This document shows positions 35,837 through 45,446 of a stretch of 64,000 bases of DNA, in pieces. Numbering within the stretch: the first letter of the stretch is position 1; each line of letters opens with the position of its first letter. This DNA comes from a virus, in the IMG/VR virus record IMGVR_UViG_3300034069_000900, positions 12,922-76,921 of that record. One strand, 5' to 3'. Both the position numbers and the translations under genes were made by a program. The notes beneath the pieces are model-generated. The model saw nothing but the letters and a program-made list of their open reading frames with translations. It searched no databases and was not told the origin of the DNA.

Positions 35837-35865
35837 AAAAAGGGCGCCCCTTGCGGAAGCGCCCT
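35837..35865 (-). terminator. intrinsic terminator downstream of terB
   Basis: - strand AGGGCGCUUCC-GCAA-GGGGCGCCCU followed by UUUU. Confidence 0.7.
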
Positions 35866-35887
35866 GCCCTGTTCAGCCCTGGGCCGG

Positions 35888-36325
35888 TCAGCCCAAGAGC
35901 TTACCCTTATCCACACCTAGCTCTTTGGCGATGGTGTCCAGCACCTTGTGCTCGTCCTGACCGATGCCGCCGTTATCGGCGACGTCAGCAGCGATGAGGA
36001 ACACGTCCTGCTTCTGCTCGGCCGGGCGGGCCGCCATAGCCTGGATGGCCCGGATGTTCGTCATACGTCCATGACGCGTTTTGGCGTTGTTCAGGGCCTC
36101 GGTCAGCGCGGACTCGATGGCGGCCGGGGTGAATGCTGCCTTGAGCTCGGGCTTGTTGCTGATGCCGGCGATGGCGGACTCGATCTCGGCATCCTCGATC
36201 ACGCCGTCGGCCGCCGTTACGTTGGCGCAGGCCGCCGCAAGGGCGTTGAGGAATACGGTGTCGCCCTTGTACTTGGTAAATGCTGCGGTGGCGTCGCCCA
36301 CCAGCTTTTGCAGAAAGCTCATCAT
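35888..36325 (-). CDS. terB: TerB-family protein
   Basis: FLNALAAACANVTAADGVIEDAE..., VADNGGIGQDEHKVLDTIAKELGV. Confidence 0.85.
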   Translation of the reverse strand: MMSFLQKLVGDATAAFTKYKGDTVFLNALAAACANVTAADGVIEDAEIESAIAGISNKPELKAAFTPAAIESALTEALNNAKTRHGRMTNIRAIQAMAARPAEQKQDVFLIAADVADNGGIGQDEHKVLDTIAKELGVDKGKLLG

Positions 36326-36334
36326 CTCATCCTC

Positions 36335-36442
36335 TCAGGTCTTCGTGCGGTAAAACCACCTCGCACCTCGCCAGCAAAAGTACAGACACGTACACATGCC
36401 GACGATGTCGAGGAACCTATCCGCTATAGCCCAGACAACCAT
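36335..36442 (-). CDS. 35-aa hydrophobic peptide
   Basis: MVVWAIADRFLDIVGMCTCLYFCWRGARWFYRTKT with a GGAGG SD; read by hand. Confidence 0.45.
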   Translation of the reverse strand: MVVWAIADRFLDIVGMCTCLYFCWRGARWFYRTKT

Positions 36443-36471
36443 GTGCGGCCTCCAGAGAGCTACACGATAAT

Positions 36472-36678
36472 TCAGGTCGCTTCGGCTCGCAAACGCTCCA
36501 GCCTGCGCGGGCCGGTGATATTGCGCTTGGGATCACTGTACCCCGGCCCCACCGGGGGCAGCAGGTTGCGCGGCACCTTGCGGCTCAGGCCCCCGTTGGC
36601 GCGCTGCAACGTGCGGCGGAGCGCACGGTATGTCTCCTTCTTGCGGGGTGTCTTAGCTTTACGCTCCGGGTCACTCAT
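36472..36678 (-). CDS. small basic hypothetical protein
   Basis: MSDPERKAK...; GAGG SD overlapping the end of the upstream ORF. Confidence 0.5.
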   Translation of the reverse strand: MSDPERKAKTPRKKETYRALRRTLQRANGGLSRKVPRNLLPPVGPGYSDPKRNITGPRRLERLRAEAT

Positions 36679-36679
36679 T

Positions 36680-36931
36680 TTACCATTCCTCTGCGACCGG
36701 GGCGGCAAATGCACCCCCGACCGTAACAAGGTGCCTTCTGTCCTCATCAAAGTAAATTTTGCCGGCTCGCCAGAGCACCTGATCGCCTACCGCTGGCAGA
36801 ACTTCCGCGTCTTCCACATACACACAGATCTCCTTCAACCTGTGGTCTATTACCCACAGTCTGCAGACGTTACCATCATTCACAGCGTCGTAACTGCGAG
36901 TTATCTCCAGCACCCGAACAGCTACAGCCAT
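36680..36931 (-). CDS. hypothetical protein
   Basis: Coupled to the helicase stop. Confidence 0.5.
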   Translation of the reverse strand: MAVAVRVLEITRSYDAVNDGNVCRLWVIDHRLKEICVYVEDAEVLPAVGDQVLWRAGKIYFDEDRRHLVTVGGAFAAPVAEEW

Positions 36932-38388
36932 TTCGCCGCCCCATCCTGTAGGATACCCCTCACCACATCTTTCTTGGTGCGCAGACTGTTGATAATCTTC
37001 TCGTCCAATGACTGCGGCACGACGAGGTCAACGTAAGTAACCGTATTGCGCTGACCGATACGGTGCGCACGATCTTCGCTCTGCTCACGCAGCTCGAGGT
37101 CATGGTTATTGCTGTAGTAGACTACAAGTGTCGCCTTTGTCCAGTTGCGGCCTCGCCCCCCGGCCTGCTGGCTCGCCAGCATGAACCTCTTTTCACCGGC
37201 CTGAAACGCGAGCTCCCCGGCATCACGCTCGGCTTGGTTGACGCCACCGTGCCACTCCGCAACACAATCCCGCCCGTAAGTCTCGCGGAGGAACTTAGAT
37301 ACTGCGGCGATGTCACTTCTGTAATTGCACCAGATGATAGTCGATTCATCACTCTCGTCTATAACCTCCTGCAACGCTGCGATACGGTTGTTTTCCAGCC
37401 GTATCACTTCGCCGTCGTCCAGCTTGAGGTGTCCGCACAGGATCTGATGCAACCGGAGCAGCTGCGTCACGACGATCTGCGATGTGCTGAACTCGCCGTC
37501 CATCTCAGCCATAGCGGTCTTGCGCATCTCATTATAGACACGCTTCTGCTCGGCCGTAAGCTCTACGCTGCGGCGTTCATACACCTTCTCGGGCAGGTCC
37601 AGGCACTCAGCTTTACGCTTACGGATACTGTGTCGCTCGATGATCTTGGCTAACTGATCCGTGTTCTTCGCTCCCGTGATCATATGCACGGTGCGCCCAT
37701 TGGCGATGATATCGCGCATCGTGCAGTACGCCGCACGGAACGTGTAATAGCTCCGGTGACCCAGCGCCCCTCGCTCGAGGAACTCGAACTGACAGAACAG
37801 GTCTGTCGGCAAGCCCTTCGTGGGGCTACCCGTAAGGATGCGGCGGTACGCAGCCAACCGGCTGAGCTCCAGCAGGCGCTTCGTCCGGGTGGAGCGGGGG
37901 TCCTGCATCACCGTAGACTCGTCCACGACGATCATGCTGCGGTGGGCTCTCAGAAAGCGCCGGGCTAGGTCCGTAGCGGCAGCCGTCATACTGAGGGCTT
38001 CCACATTCATCACCAGCACACGCACCCCCGGCCGGGTGGTGTCGAGCAGGGCGGTGTGGGCTGCGTGTGACTTCTTGGGGTCGTCTCGATTCCAGGTGTG
38101 CACGTACGCGGTTTCATCTATACCAGACCACAGCCACCGCTGGAGCTCACCGGGGTTCTCATTATCCCGGCGCGACCAGTTCGTGTAGACGCCTTTCGGA
38201 GCGATAACCAGCAGCCCCTCCAGCCGATCGTGCAGGTGTAGGAGGCAGAAGTTGTCAATCAACACACGGCTTTTGCCTAAGCCCATTTCCAGCAGATACC
38301 CGAAGCCGGGGCGCCGCCAGCCCGCCTCCAGGGCTTCGCGCTGGTGTTGAAATGGAGTTGTGCGGGGGTTGTAGTTGACCGGTAGCAT
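36922..38388 (-). CDS. SNF2-like (SF2) helicase
   Basis: PFQHQREAL, EMGLGKS, IVVDEST, RILTGSP, GGRGRNWT, EQSEDRAHRIGQ. Confidence 0.92.
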   Translation of the reverse strand: MLPVNYNPRTTPFQHQREALEAGWRRPGFGYLLEMGLGKSRVLIDNFCLLHLHDRLEGLLVIAPKGVYTNWSRRDNENPGELQRWLWSGIDETAYVHTWNRDDPKKSHAAHTALLDTTRPGVRVLVMNVEALSMTAAATDLARRFLRAHRSMIVVDESTVMQDPRSTRTKRLLELSRLAAYRRILTGSPTKGLPTDLFCQFEFLERGALGHRSYYTFRAAYCTMRDIIANGRTVHMITGAKNTDQLAKIIERHSIRKRKAECLDLPEKVYERRSVELTAEQKRVYNEMRKTAMAEMDGEFSTSQIVVTQLLRLHQILCGHLKLDDGEVIRLENNRIAALQEVIDESDESTIIWCNYRSDIAAVSKFLRETYGRDCVAEWHGGVNQAERDAGELAFQAGEKRFMLASQQAGGRGRNWTKATLVVYYSNNHDLELREQSEDRAHRIGQRNTVTYVDLVVPQSLDEKIINSLRTKKDVVRGILQDGAAKWL

Positions 38389-38539
38389 ACGAACCGAAGT
38401 ACAGGGCCGTCAAACTGAAATGAATGACCGGGGTTGTAGTATCCAATCTTGCGCGCTCACACACAAGGACTTCGTTTTACTTCGGCTTTCGCGCCCCCGG
38501 CCGCGGGCGCGCTGATTACTCACCACCGGCTCTTCGCAC

Positions 38540-38720
38540 TAGCCCCTATTGGCAAATTGGAGGTCCATTTTTGCCAATATTATTTTTCTCCAGCAGCCTG
38601 AGTCGTTTATACCCCGGAATATTGGCATATTGCCGTTTTGGAGGTTTTACAAAATTTTGTTGGAGTGGACGGTCTACGGGCGGCGCGCGCATTTTGCGCG
38701 GGCGTGCGAGGGGCAATATC
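38540..38720. other. candidate replication origin: AT-rich intergenic region with short inverted iteron-like repeats
   Basis: TATTGGCAA (38547), TTGCCAATATT (38571), AATATTGGCATATTGCC (38618) and GGCAATAT (38712), between the divergent helicase and the SSB/primase operon. Confidence 0.45.
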
Positions 38721-38783
38721 CGTTAGTCATTTGTTTGCTCCACGATCTAATGCCGTGTATCTACAGGGGTCCTGGAGGTACTG

Positions 38784-39362
38784 ATGCAGGACAGTCTCTT
38801 AGCCGAGTTGAGTGCAGAAGCGGAAACGACTGCACAAGCCTTCCCGGATAACTTGAGCCGGCTGAGGCAATTAGCGGGTGAAGTTGCCCAGCTAGACCGC
38901 GAGATAGATGAGCTAGAGCAGCAACTTTCCGAAAAGAAAGCTACCCGCAACCGCATCCTCTCACGTGACATGATCGATGTGATGGACGAGTGCGCGGTGG
39001 ACTCTATCGTAGCCGGGGGCTACAGTTACGCCGCAAGTGAGTACTGTAAGGCTTCTATCGGCGCGCAGCATCCCAACCCCGGCGCTGCCTACGCTTACCT
39101 CGAGCAGGAAGGTGCGGGCGACCTGATCAACCGGACGGTGGAGGTGCGCTTCCCCCGCGGGTTCGAAGATGAAGTCGAAGCCCTGGCCCGGCACGCCCGC
39201 GAGCATTATCAGATGGCGGAAGTCAGCATCAGCAAGGGCGTGCCCTGGGCGCGGCTGACATCCTGGGTCAAAGAGCAGCGCAAGGCGGGCCAGGATTTGC
39301 CGCTAGAGTTGCTAGGTGCGACCGTAGGTCGTGTCGTAAAGGTGAAGCCGAGCAAGGAGTAG
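38784..39362 (+). CDS. conserved replication-module protein with N-terminal coiled coil
   Basis: GGAGG SD; pattern (AYAYLEQEGAGDLI; RLTSWVKEQ) is common upstream of SSB-like genes in related phages. Confidence 0.7.
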   Translation: MQDSLLAELSAEAETTAQAFPDNLSRLRQLAGEVAQLDREIDELEQQLSEKKATRNRILSRDMIDVMDECAVDSIVAGGYSYAASEYCKASIGAQHPNPGAAYAYLEQEGAGDLINRTVEVRFPRGFEDEVEALARHAREHYQMAEVSISKGVPWARLTSWVKEQRKAGQDLPLELLGATVGRVVKVKPSKE

Positions 39363-39366
39363 AGAC

Positions 39367-40245
39367 ATGGCACGCGCAGCACAAGCCCCTGTAGACGAAG
39401 AGAAGACGACAGCCCTAACAGCGGCAAACACTGCCGGGTTGCCCGCGGACTTGATGGCTGAAGCCGCTGAGTACGAGGGCCAGGGTACCAGTGCCAATGC
39501 GGACGACAATATCGTCCCGTTCATGGTATTGCTCCAGGATATGTCCCCGGAGACTAAGAAGCGTGACCCGAAGTACGTGGAAGGCGCCGAAGCCGGCAAG
39601 TGGATGAATAAGGCCACCGGTAAGGTTTACGACAGTTTCGATTTTCAACCCTGTGCATTCCAGCGCGCGATTGTGGTGTGGGTGCCGCGCGACGCCGGGG
39701 GCGGACTCAAGGGGCGCTACCCCCTGACCCACCCTACCCCGGAAGCCGCGTGCGAGGCCTTGGGCGGTAAGCAGGTCCCCGACCCCCGCGACAGCAGCGG
39801 TAAGAAGATGGTCTGGCGTGACGGCGACGGCAACGACCTGACGGATACTCGCTATCAGTACGGTCACATCGTCAACGAGGACGGCACCCTAGAGCCTGTG
39901 CTGATGTCGTTCAGCAGCACTCATCACGGCCCGGCCCGTCAGTTCATGACGATGCAACGGGGCCCCACCGCTCAGATGCCCCGGAGCAACGGGGGTGTGA
40001 TGGTGGCGCCTTCCTGGTTCCGCAAGTACCGGGTGGCGTCCCAGGAGCGCACGGGTAACGGGAACAGCTGGTTCGTGCCGAAGTTTGAAGATTACGGCAA
40101 CCAGGGCTGGATCGGGGATGCGAACATCCGCGCCGCCGGCAAGATGCTGAACGAGTCCGTCGGCACGGGCAAGGTACAGGCCGGGGACGAGAGCCACGCG
40201 CAGGGCGGGGCTGCCGCTGCGGACGACTCGGACGTCCCGTTCTAG
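39367..40245 (+). CDS. ssDNA-binding/annealing-like protein
   Basis: PFMVLLQDMSPE, GNSWFVP, acidic C-terminus ending DDSDVPF. Confidence 0.65.
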   Translation: MARAAQAPVDEEKTTALTAANTAGLPADLMAEAAEYEGQGTSANADDNIVPFMVLLQDMSPETKKRDPKYVEGAEAGKWMNKATGKVYDSFDFQPCAFQRAIVVWVPRDAGGGLKGRYPLTHPTPEAACEALGGKQVPDPRDSSGKKMVWRDGDGNDLTDTRYQYGHIVNEDGTLEPVLMSFSSTHHGPARQFMTMQRGPTAQMPRSNGGVMVAPSWFRKYRVASQERTGNGNSWFVPKFEDYGNQGWIGDANIRAAGKMLNESVGTGKVQAGDESHAQGGAAAADDSDVPF

Positions 40246-40319
40246 GGATTGCGGCCAACGTCGCCATGACGTGACAGCCGGAGAGACGGCACCTCACATG
40301 ACATATGAGGCCAAGCGGG

Positions 40320-41870
40320 ATGTCAGCCGCAACACCCGCCGACTTGACGCGTCGGCTTATGAAACTGATGGAAGGATATGCCGAATCTTACGGCACCTAT
40401 GATGCTGTCCAATACAACCCGGACAAAGGTGGTAAGCTAGAGATCAAGGCCACCGCCCGCACCGTGCGGGCCAACGTGACTGTAGAGCTCTGGCAGGACC
40501 ATGTGGACGGGCGCCGTTCCATCGGCATCGTGCCTATTCGGGATAATGACACGGCGCTCTGGGGAGTCATAGATGTTGACACTTACGACCTCGAGCATGT
40601 CGATATTGTCAAGAACATCGCCAAACATAAGCTGCCCCTCGTCGTGTGCCGCTCGAAGTCAGGCGGAGCGCACATCTTCCTGTTCCTCAAGGAGCCTGTC
40701 TCCGCGACGCTGATGCAGGCCCGCCTCAAGGAGATAGCCGCGACGCTGGGGTACGGGGGTAGCGAGATATTCCCGAAGCAGCGTACGGTGGCTTGGGAGC
40801 GCGGCGACTGTGGTAGCTGGCTCAATATGCCGTACTTTGATGCTGAGGTGACGGACCGCTACGGCATCAAGGATACCGGCCTCGGCATGAGCTTGGAAGA
40901 GTTCCTGGTCGCAGCAGAAGCGGCCCAACAGCCGGCGAGCTTCCTGGAAGACCAGGAGTTCCGCAAGAAACCCGCAAAGGACCCCGACTTCGGCGATGGT
41001 CCCCCGTGCATTCAGCACCTCGTCGCTATGGGCTTCCCGCAGGGTACCCGGAACAACGGGTTGTTTGCCCTAGGTACATTCGCTAAGAAGAAATACGGCC
41101 AGCGATGGCAGGAGCGCTTGGAGGACTGGAACAGGCAGTTCATGGACCCCCCGGTCGCCGCCCAGGAGCTGATAGAAGTCATCAAATCGCTGGAGCGCAA
41201 GGAGTACCAGTACCGCTGCCGGGATCAACCCCTGTGCGCGCACTGCAACAGCAGCTTATGTCGCACCCGCAAGTTCGGGGTGGGCGGGGAGGATGACTTC
41301 CCTCAGATAGATGGCCTTTCGGTACTGGACACTGAGCCCCCGCTCTGGTTCATGAACGTCGGCGATGTGCGCCTCGAGCTGACGACCGATGAGCTACAGA
41401 ACTACAGATTGTTTCACCGGGTATGCATGGAGAAGCTGTTCACCTGCTACCGGATGATGAAGCACGATGATTGGCTGCGTATTGTAGCCACGGCCATGAA
41501 AGATGCCGTGCGTATTGACGCCCCCCGCGAGGTCAGCCGTACGGGCCAGTTCCAGGACCACCTAGAGGACTTCTTGACACAACGCCACCGCGGCGAGATG
41601 CGGGATGATTTGTTGGTGGGGCGCCCCTGGCTGGACCCCGAGAGCAATCAGCATTATTTCAGGCTGCGTGACCTTAAGAAGCATCTGGAGCAGGCTAACT
41701 TCAAAGATTACTCAGACGCACAGATTATCACCCGTATTCGCGAGATGGGTGGTGATAAGAAAGTGTTTAACCTGAAGGGCCGATGCGTTAATACATGGTC
41801 CCTGCCCGAGGGTAGCTTCAGCGAAGCTCCGGTACTCGATCTTCCCAGCCTTGAGGATGAGCCGATCTGA
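40320..41870 (+). CDS. AEP-type primase with PriCT-like domain
   Basis: GIVPIRD, WGVIDVD, VCRSKSGGAHIFLF, EIFPKQ, WLNMPYF, PPC...GTRNNGLF, CRDQPLCAHC. Confidence 0.88.
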   Translation: MSAATPADLTRRLMKLMEGYAESYGTYDAVQYNPDKGGKLEIKATARTVRANVTVELWQDHVDGRRSIGIVPIRDNDTALWGVIDVDTYDLEHVDIVKNIAKHKLPLVVCRSKSGGAHIFLFLKEPVSATLMQARLKEIAATLGYGGSEIFPKQRTVAWERGDCGSWLNMPYFDAEVTDRYGIKDTGLGMSLEEFLVAAEAAQQPASFLEDQEFRKKPAKDPDFGDGPPCIQHLVAMGFPQGTRNNGLFALGTFAKKKYGQRWQERLEDWNRQFMDPPVAAQELIEVIKSLERKEYQYRCRDQPLCAHCNSSLCRTRKFGVGGEDDFPQIDGLSVLDTEPPLWFMNVGDVRLELTTDELQNYRLFHRVCMEKLFTCYRMMKHDDWLRIVATAMKDAVRIDAPREVSRTGQFQDHLEDFLTQRHRGEMRDDLLVGRPWLDPESNQHYFRLRDLKKHLEQANFKDYSDAQIITRIREMGGDKKVFNLKGRCVNTWSLPEGSFSEAPVLDLPSLEDEPI

Positions 41871-42301
41871 TGCCAGAGCCCCTCCAAGCTACCCCCGAGG
41901 ATGTCGAGCGGTTCATGTCCTATGTGGACCGTTTGCCCAACGGCTGCTGGTACTGGATGGGTGGGCGCAGCCGGGGCAAGGGCAATCGTCGATGGTATGG
42001 CACATTCACCATCAAGGGGCGCAAAGCCTCTGTCCGGGCGCATCGGTTTGCTAGTGAGGTCTTAGGCGGCCAAGTCTGCCCGCCGGACCACCACCGCGAC
42101 CACAAGTGCTGTTTCAGCATGTGCGTCAATCCGGACCATATTGAAGTCGTCACAAAAGAAGTCAATCAGCAGCGGCGGTGGGCGCGAGCGCGCCAACTGC
42201 TGTGCGAGGAGGTATGCAATGAGGAAGGAACTGGAGCAGCAGGCGCAACGCCTGCATCTTCTCATTCACCAGTTACAGAGCTCCGTGATAGTTGCGGCTG
42301 A
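41870..42301 (+). CDS. HNH endonuclease (zinc-binding loop type)
   Basis: GCWYWMG, YGTF, RAHRFA, DHKCCFSMCVNPDHIE. Confidence 0.85.
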   Translation: MPEPLQATPEDVERFMSYVDRLPNGCWYWMGGRSRGKGNRRWYGTFTIKGRKASVRAHRFASEVLGGQVCPPDHHRDHKCCFSMCVNPDHIEVVTKEVNQQRRWARARQLLCEEVCNEEGTGAAGATPASSHSPVTELRDSCG

Positions 42302-42443
42302 AGCTGACGGCGATGACTACGAAACTATCGTGAAGACTGCGTCAGGGGTGTTGTGGGAGGGGTTGGAGAACATCGATATGGCCGGGGGCGATTCAGCAAT
42401 GATACTGATGATGGTGCTGCTGACAGAAGGGGTCCGGGTATGA
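42219..42443 (+). CDS. hypothetical protein
   Basis: GAGGAGG SD; ATGA overlap with the helicase start. Confidence 0.5.
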   Translation: MRKELEQQAQRLHLLIHQLQSSVIVAAEADGDDYETIVKTASGVLWEGLENIDMAGGDSAMILMMVLLTEGVRV

Positions 42444-43948
42444 CAACATCGCTTCTATTGGGCCCACCCGGCACTGGGAAAACCACCACGCTGCTGAATT
42501 ACGTGGAGGATGAGCTGAGCTCGGGCACAGCCCCTGACCGCATCGGGTACGTCTCTTTCACGAAAAAGGCTGCGTACGAAGCCCGCGACCGTGCGTGTAA
42601 GCGGTTTGGCTTTAAGAAGACACAACTTCCTTACTTCAGAACCCTTCACAGTCTGTGCTTCGGTGCCCTTGGCCTTAGCTCATCGGATGTGCTCAACGGC
42701 AGGGGCATGCAACTCTTCGGCGATTGGATAGGGGTCAGTGTCAGCGGTCACCCCCCGGCCGAGGATGCGCTGCTTACCGGGTTTGAAGAAGGTGATAGGT
42801 GCCTATTCATTGATGGATTGGCCCGTGCCCGTGGCGTATCCCTCCGGGAGCAGTACAACACAAACCACGATAATCTACCCTGGCCCTTAGTAGAGCGGGT
42901 GTCTCGCGGGCTTATGGAGTACAAGAAGCGCCGGCATCTTGTGGACTTCTCGGGGATGCTTGAGATGTTCGCCGCGGGCCACTGGCCGGGGCGTATTGAG
43001 GTACTGTTTGTAGATGAAGCGCAAGACCTGAGCCCCCTGCAATGGCGCGTTGTATCGCAACTCGCACGCGGCGCCCGGCGGGTGGTAATAGCTGGGGATG
43101 ATGATCAGGCAATTTACGCGTGGTCAGGGGCGGCGGTACAGCACTTCGTGGACCTCCCCGGTCAGCCCACCGTTCTGGGGCAGTCTTGGCGGGTACCTCA
43201 AAAGATCCAGGCGGTGGCGAGCGAAGTGCTGGGCCGCATTGTCCGGCGCCGGCCCAAAGCCTGGGCGCCCCGGCCGGAAGAAGGCTGCGTGCGGCGCGTG
43301 CAGTCCTTGGACGAGGTGGAGTTCACCCCCGGCGAGGAGATGCTGCTGCTGAGCCGCAATACGAGCTTCATACGCAAGGACGTAGAACCCGCCCTGCGCA
43401 GCGAAGGCGTGCTGTATGACTACCGCGGTGAGCAGTCTGTGGCCCCGGAGCTGGTGGCCGCTATTTTGGACTGGGAGCGCCTGCGGGCGGGCGGTGAGGT
43501 GACGGTGCGGGAAGCGCGCGGTATCTACGCCCATATGACCCAGGGCCGGGGCTACGCGCACGGTCATCGTAAGCTGGAGAGTTATAAGAATGACGACCAG
43601 CTTGTGTGCGCCAGTGAGCTTAAGAGCCATGGCGGCTTGAACACAACGGCGATATGGCACGAAGCGCTAGACCGGGTGCCGGGGCAGGAGCGCGCCTACA
43701 TGGTCAAGTGCCTGCGCCAGGGTGAGAAGCTGGCCCGTAAGCCTACGACCCGCGTGAGTACGATCCACGGGGCTAAGGGCGGTGAAGCCGACCATGTCGT
43801 GCTGCTGCGGGATATGTCATATCGCAGTTATATGCAGGGTCAGCAGGACCCCGAGGACGAAGCGCGTGTGTTCTACGTCGCTGCGACGCGTGCCCGGCAC
43901 AAACTGACTATCGTGGCGCCCCGGACGAACAAGAGTTACGATATTTGA
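42440..43948 (+). CDS. UvrD/Rep-like SF1 helicase
   Basis: LGPPGTGKTT, VSFTKKAA, FRTLHS, FVDEAQD, AGDDDQAIY, STIHGAKGGEAD, RVFYVAATRAR. Confidence 0.93.
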   Translation: MTTSLLLGPPGTGKTTTLLNYVEDELSSGTAPDRIGYVSFTKKAAYEARDRACKRFGFKKTQLPYFRTLHSLCFGALGLSSSDVLNGRGMQLFGDWIGVSVSGHPPAEDALLTGFEEGDRCLFIDGLARARGVSLREQYNTNHDNLPWPLVERVSRGLMEYKKRRHLVDFSGMLEMFAAGHWPGRIEVLFVDEAQDLSPLQWRVVSQLARGARRVVIAGDDDQAIYAWSGAAVQHFVDLPGQPTVLGQSWRVPQKIQAVASEVLGRIVRRRPKAWAPRPEEGCVRRVQSLDEVEFTPGEEMLLLSRNTSFIRKDVEPALRSEGVLYDYRGEQSVAPELVAAILDWERLRAGGEVTVREARGIYAHMTQGRGYAHGHRKLESYKNDDQLVCASELKSHGGLNTTAIWHEALDRVPGQERAYMVKCLRQGEKLARKPTTRVSTIHGAKGGEADHVVLLRDMSYRSYMQGQQDPEDEARVFYVAATRARHKLTIVAPRTNKSYDI

Positions 43949-43970
43949 AACAACTTATAAGAACAAACCC

Positions 43971-43999
43971 TTTACAGAGACGATCGGCGAACCTATAAT
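43971..43999 (+). promoter_or_regulatory. sigma70-type promoter
   Basis: TTTACA-17 bp-TATAAT. Confidence 0.75.
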
Positions 44000-44047
44000 C
44001 AGTGCGCTAGCACTTCTACACAAATTACCGCACACCAGGAGTTGAGT

Positions 44048-44368
44048 ATGGCCGAAGAGACCGTTAAGAAGCAGCGTTCGCCCCGCATCCCGGACACCGC
44101 CGTCATTCGCATGGGAAAGAATGATGAGGGTGTTTCATACGGCGGTAGTCTAAACCCCAAGCGTGCTGGCAGTCTCGCGCACGGCCGGTTCGGCGCCTAT
44201 AAGGAAGGCTGCACCGTGGCGGATGCCAAGGCAGCGGGTCTGACGGCAGCCGACATCACGTACGACCGCGACCACGGGTATATCGCCATCGATCTACCCC
44301 CGGCAGCGGAGAAGCCCGCCAAGGCACCCCGCGCCAAGAAGACCGAGGACGCCAAGCAGGCGGCCTGA
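44048..44368 (+). CDS. small basic protein with NPKR domain
   Basis: NPKRAGSLAHGRFGAYKEGCTV...DITYDRDHGYI and a Lys/Ala tail; has its own promoter and terminator. Confidence 0.75.
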   Translation: MAEETVKKQRSPRIPDTAVIRMGKNDEGVSYGGSLNPKRAGSLAHGRFGAYKEGCTVADAKAAGLTAADITYDRDHGYIAIDLPPAAEKPAKAPRAKKTEDAKQAA

Positions 44369-44398
44369 CCTACCCCGTAACTCGTAGTTTACGAGCAG

Positions 44399-44428
44399 CC
44401 CCCGGCCCCGCGGCCGGGGGTTTTGTTT
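44399..44428 (+). terminator. intrinsic terminator
   Basis: cccccggcc-ccgc-ggccggggg followed by ttttgttt. Confidence 0.85.
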
Positions 44429-44587
44429 GTGCGCCGACCGCACCGAAGTTAGTGTTGGGGCGTGCCCGGCCCCCAAGACGTCGCGTCCTCCGTTGTGCTC
44501 CTCCTGCGACGATTCCTGCCGCTGCCGCTCCTGGCCTCATCGCTGTGGTGCGCAGGCCGGGGGCCGGGCACATCCTTAGGGGGTAGT

Positions 44588-45446
44588 GATGCGAGTGATA
44601 GGCACTGAGGGACTGCGCACCAAAGAGCTATTCGCCTTCATGCGCGAGCGGTACGCAATATTCCTCAAGAAGGAGGCCGGGGAGCCCAAGCCCTGGACCG
44701 CAGACCCAATCCTGCAACGCTTCCGCTTCTGTAACATTTATCGCGAGGATGATAAGGTCACCCGGTGGATCCGGGTCAACTGGCGTGAGCCCCACACCGA
44801 TGACCCCGACCTGTGGTTCGCCATGGTCGTCGCCCGGCATCTTAACCTGCCCGCCAGCTTAGAAGAGCTAGGGTACCCGGTGCCCTGGGACGGCGCCCGC
44901 TTCGTGGAGCTGATGACCGCCCGCAAGGCGCGCAATGAGCGTAACTTCAGCGCCGCTTACATGATCGGCACCAATGGCAACCCGGTCGAGAAGGCTATAT
45001 TCCTAGAAGATCGTATCTTCACGCCACTTTGGCAGGCTCGAGATACGCTGCGCCCGCGGGCCGGGGATACGTTGACCGCCTATCACATGATGCTGGGACA
45101 GATCTACGGCTTGGCGAGCTTCCTGACCGCGCAGGTTATCGCAGATACTAAGTTTCATGGCGTGCTGCGACAGGCCCCGGACTGGTGGGATTTTGCTGCG
45201 AGCGGGCCGGGCAGCCGGCGCGGGCTGAACCGGGTAATAGGACGCGATAAGGATGCCGGCTGGCGCGAGGACGACTGGCGCCTGACACTGGCGCGGTTGC
45301 GCGGGGCCGTGGAGCCCCTGGTGCTGGATGCAGGTATGCCCCCGCTCAGTGCGCAGGATCTTCAGAACTCCTTGTGCGAGTTCGATAAATACGAGCGCGC
45401 TCGTCTGGGCGAGGGGCGCCCGAAGCAGCTGTACGCAGGAGTATGA
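44588..45446 (+). CDS. 5-hmdU DNA kinase (aGPT-Pplase clade 1 family)
   Basis: FAFMRERYAI, PKPWTADPILQRFRFCNIYREDDKVTRWI, ASFLTAQVIADTK, GPGSRRGLNR, DLQNSLCEFDKYER. Confidence 0.88.

Noticed and set aside
35124-36325. Functional tellurite-resistance operon
   Set aside because: Only terB and terC are present; terD/E/Z/A are absent, so resistance cannot be inferred.
35948-37036. 362-aa ORF on the + strand
   Set aside because: It lies antisense to terB and several small - strand genes that have SDs and recognisable motifs; its composition is not protein-like.
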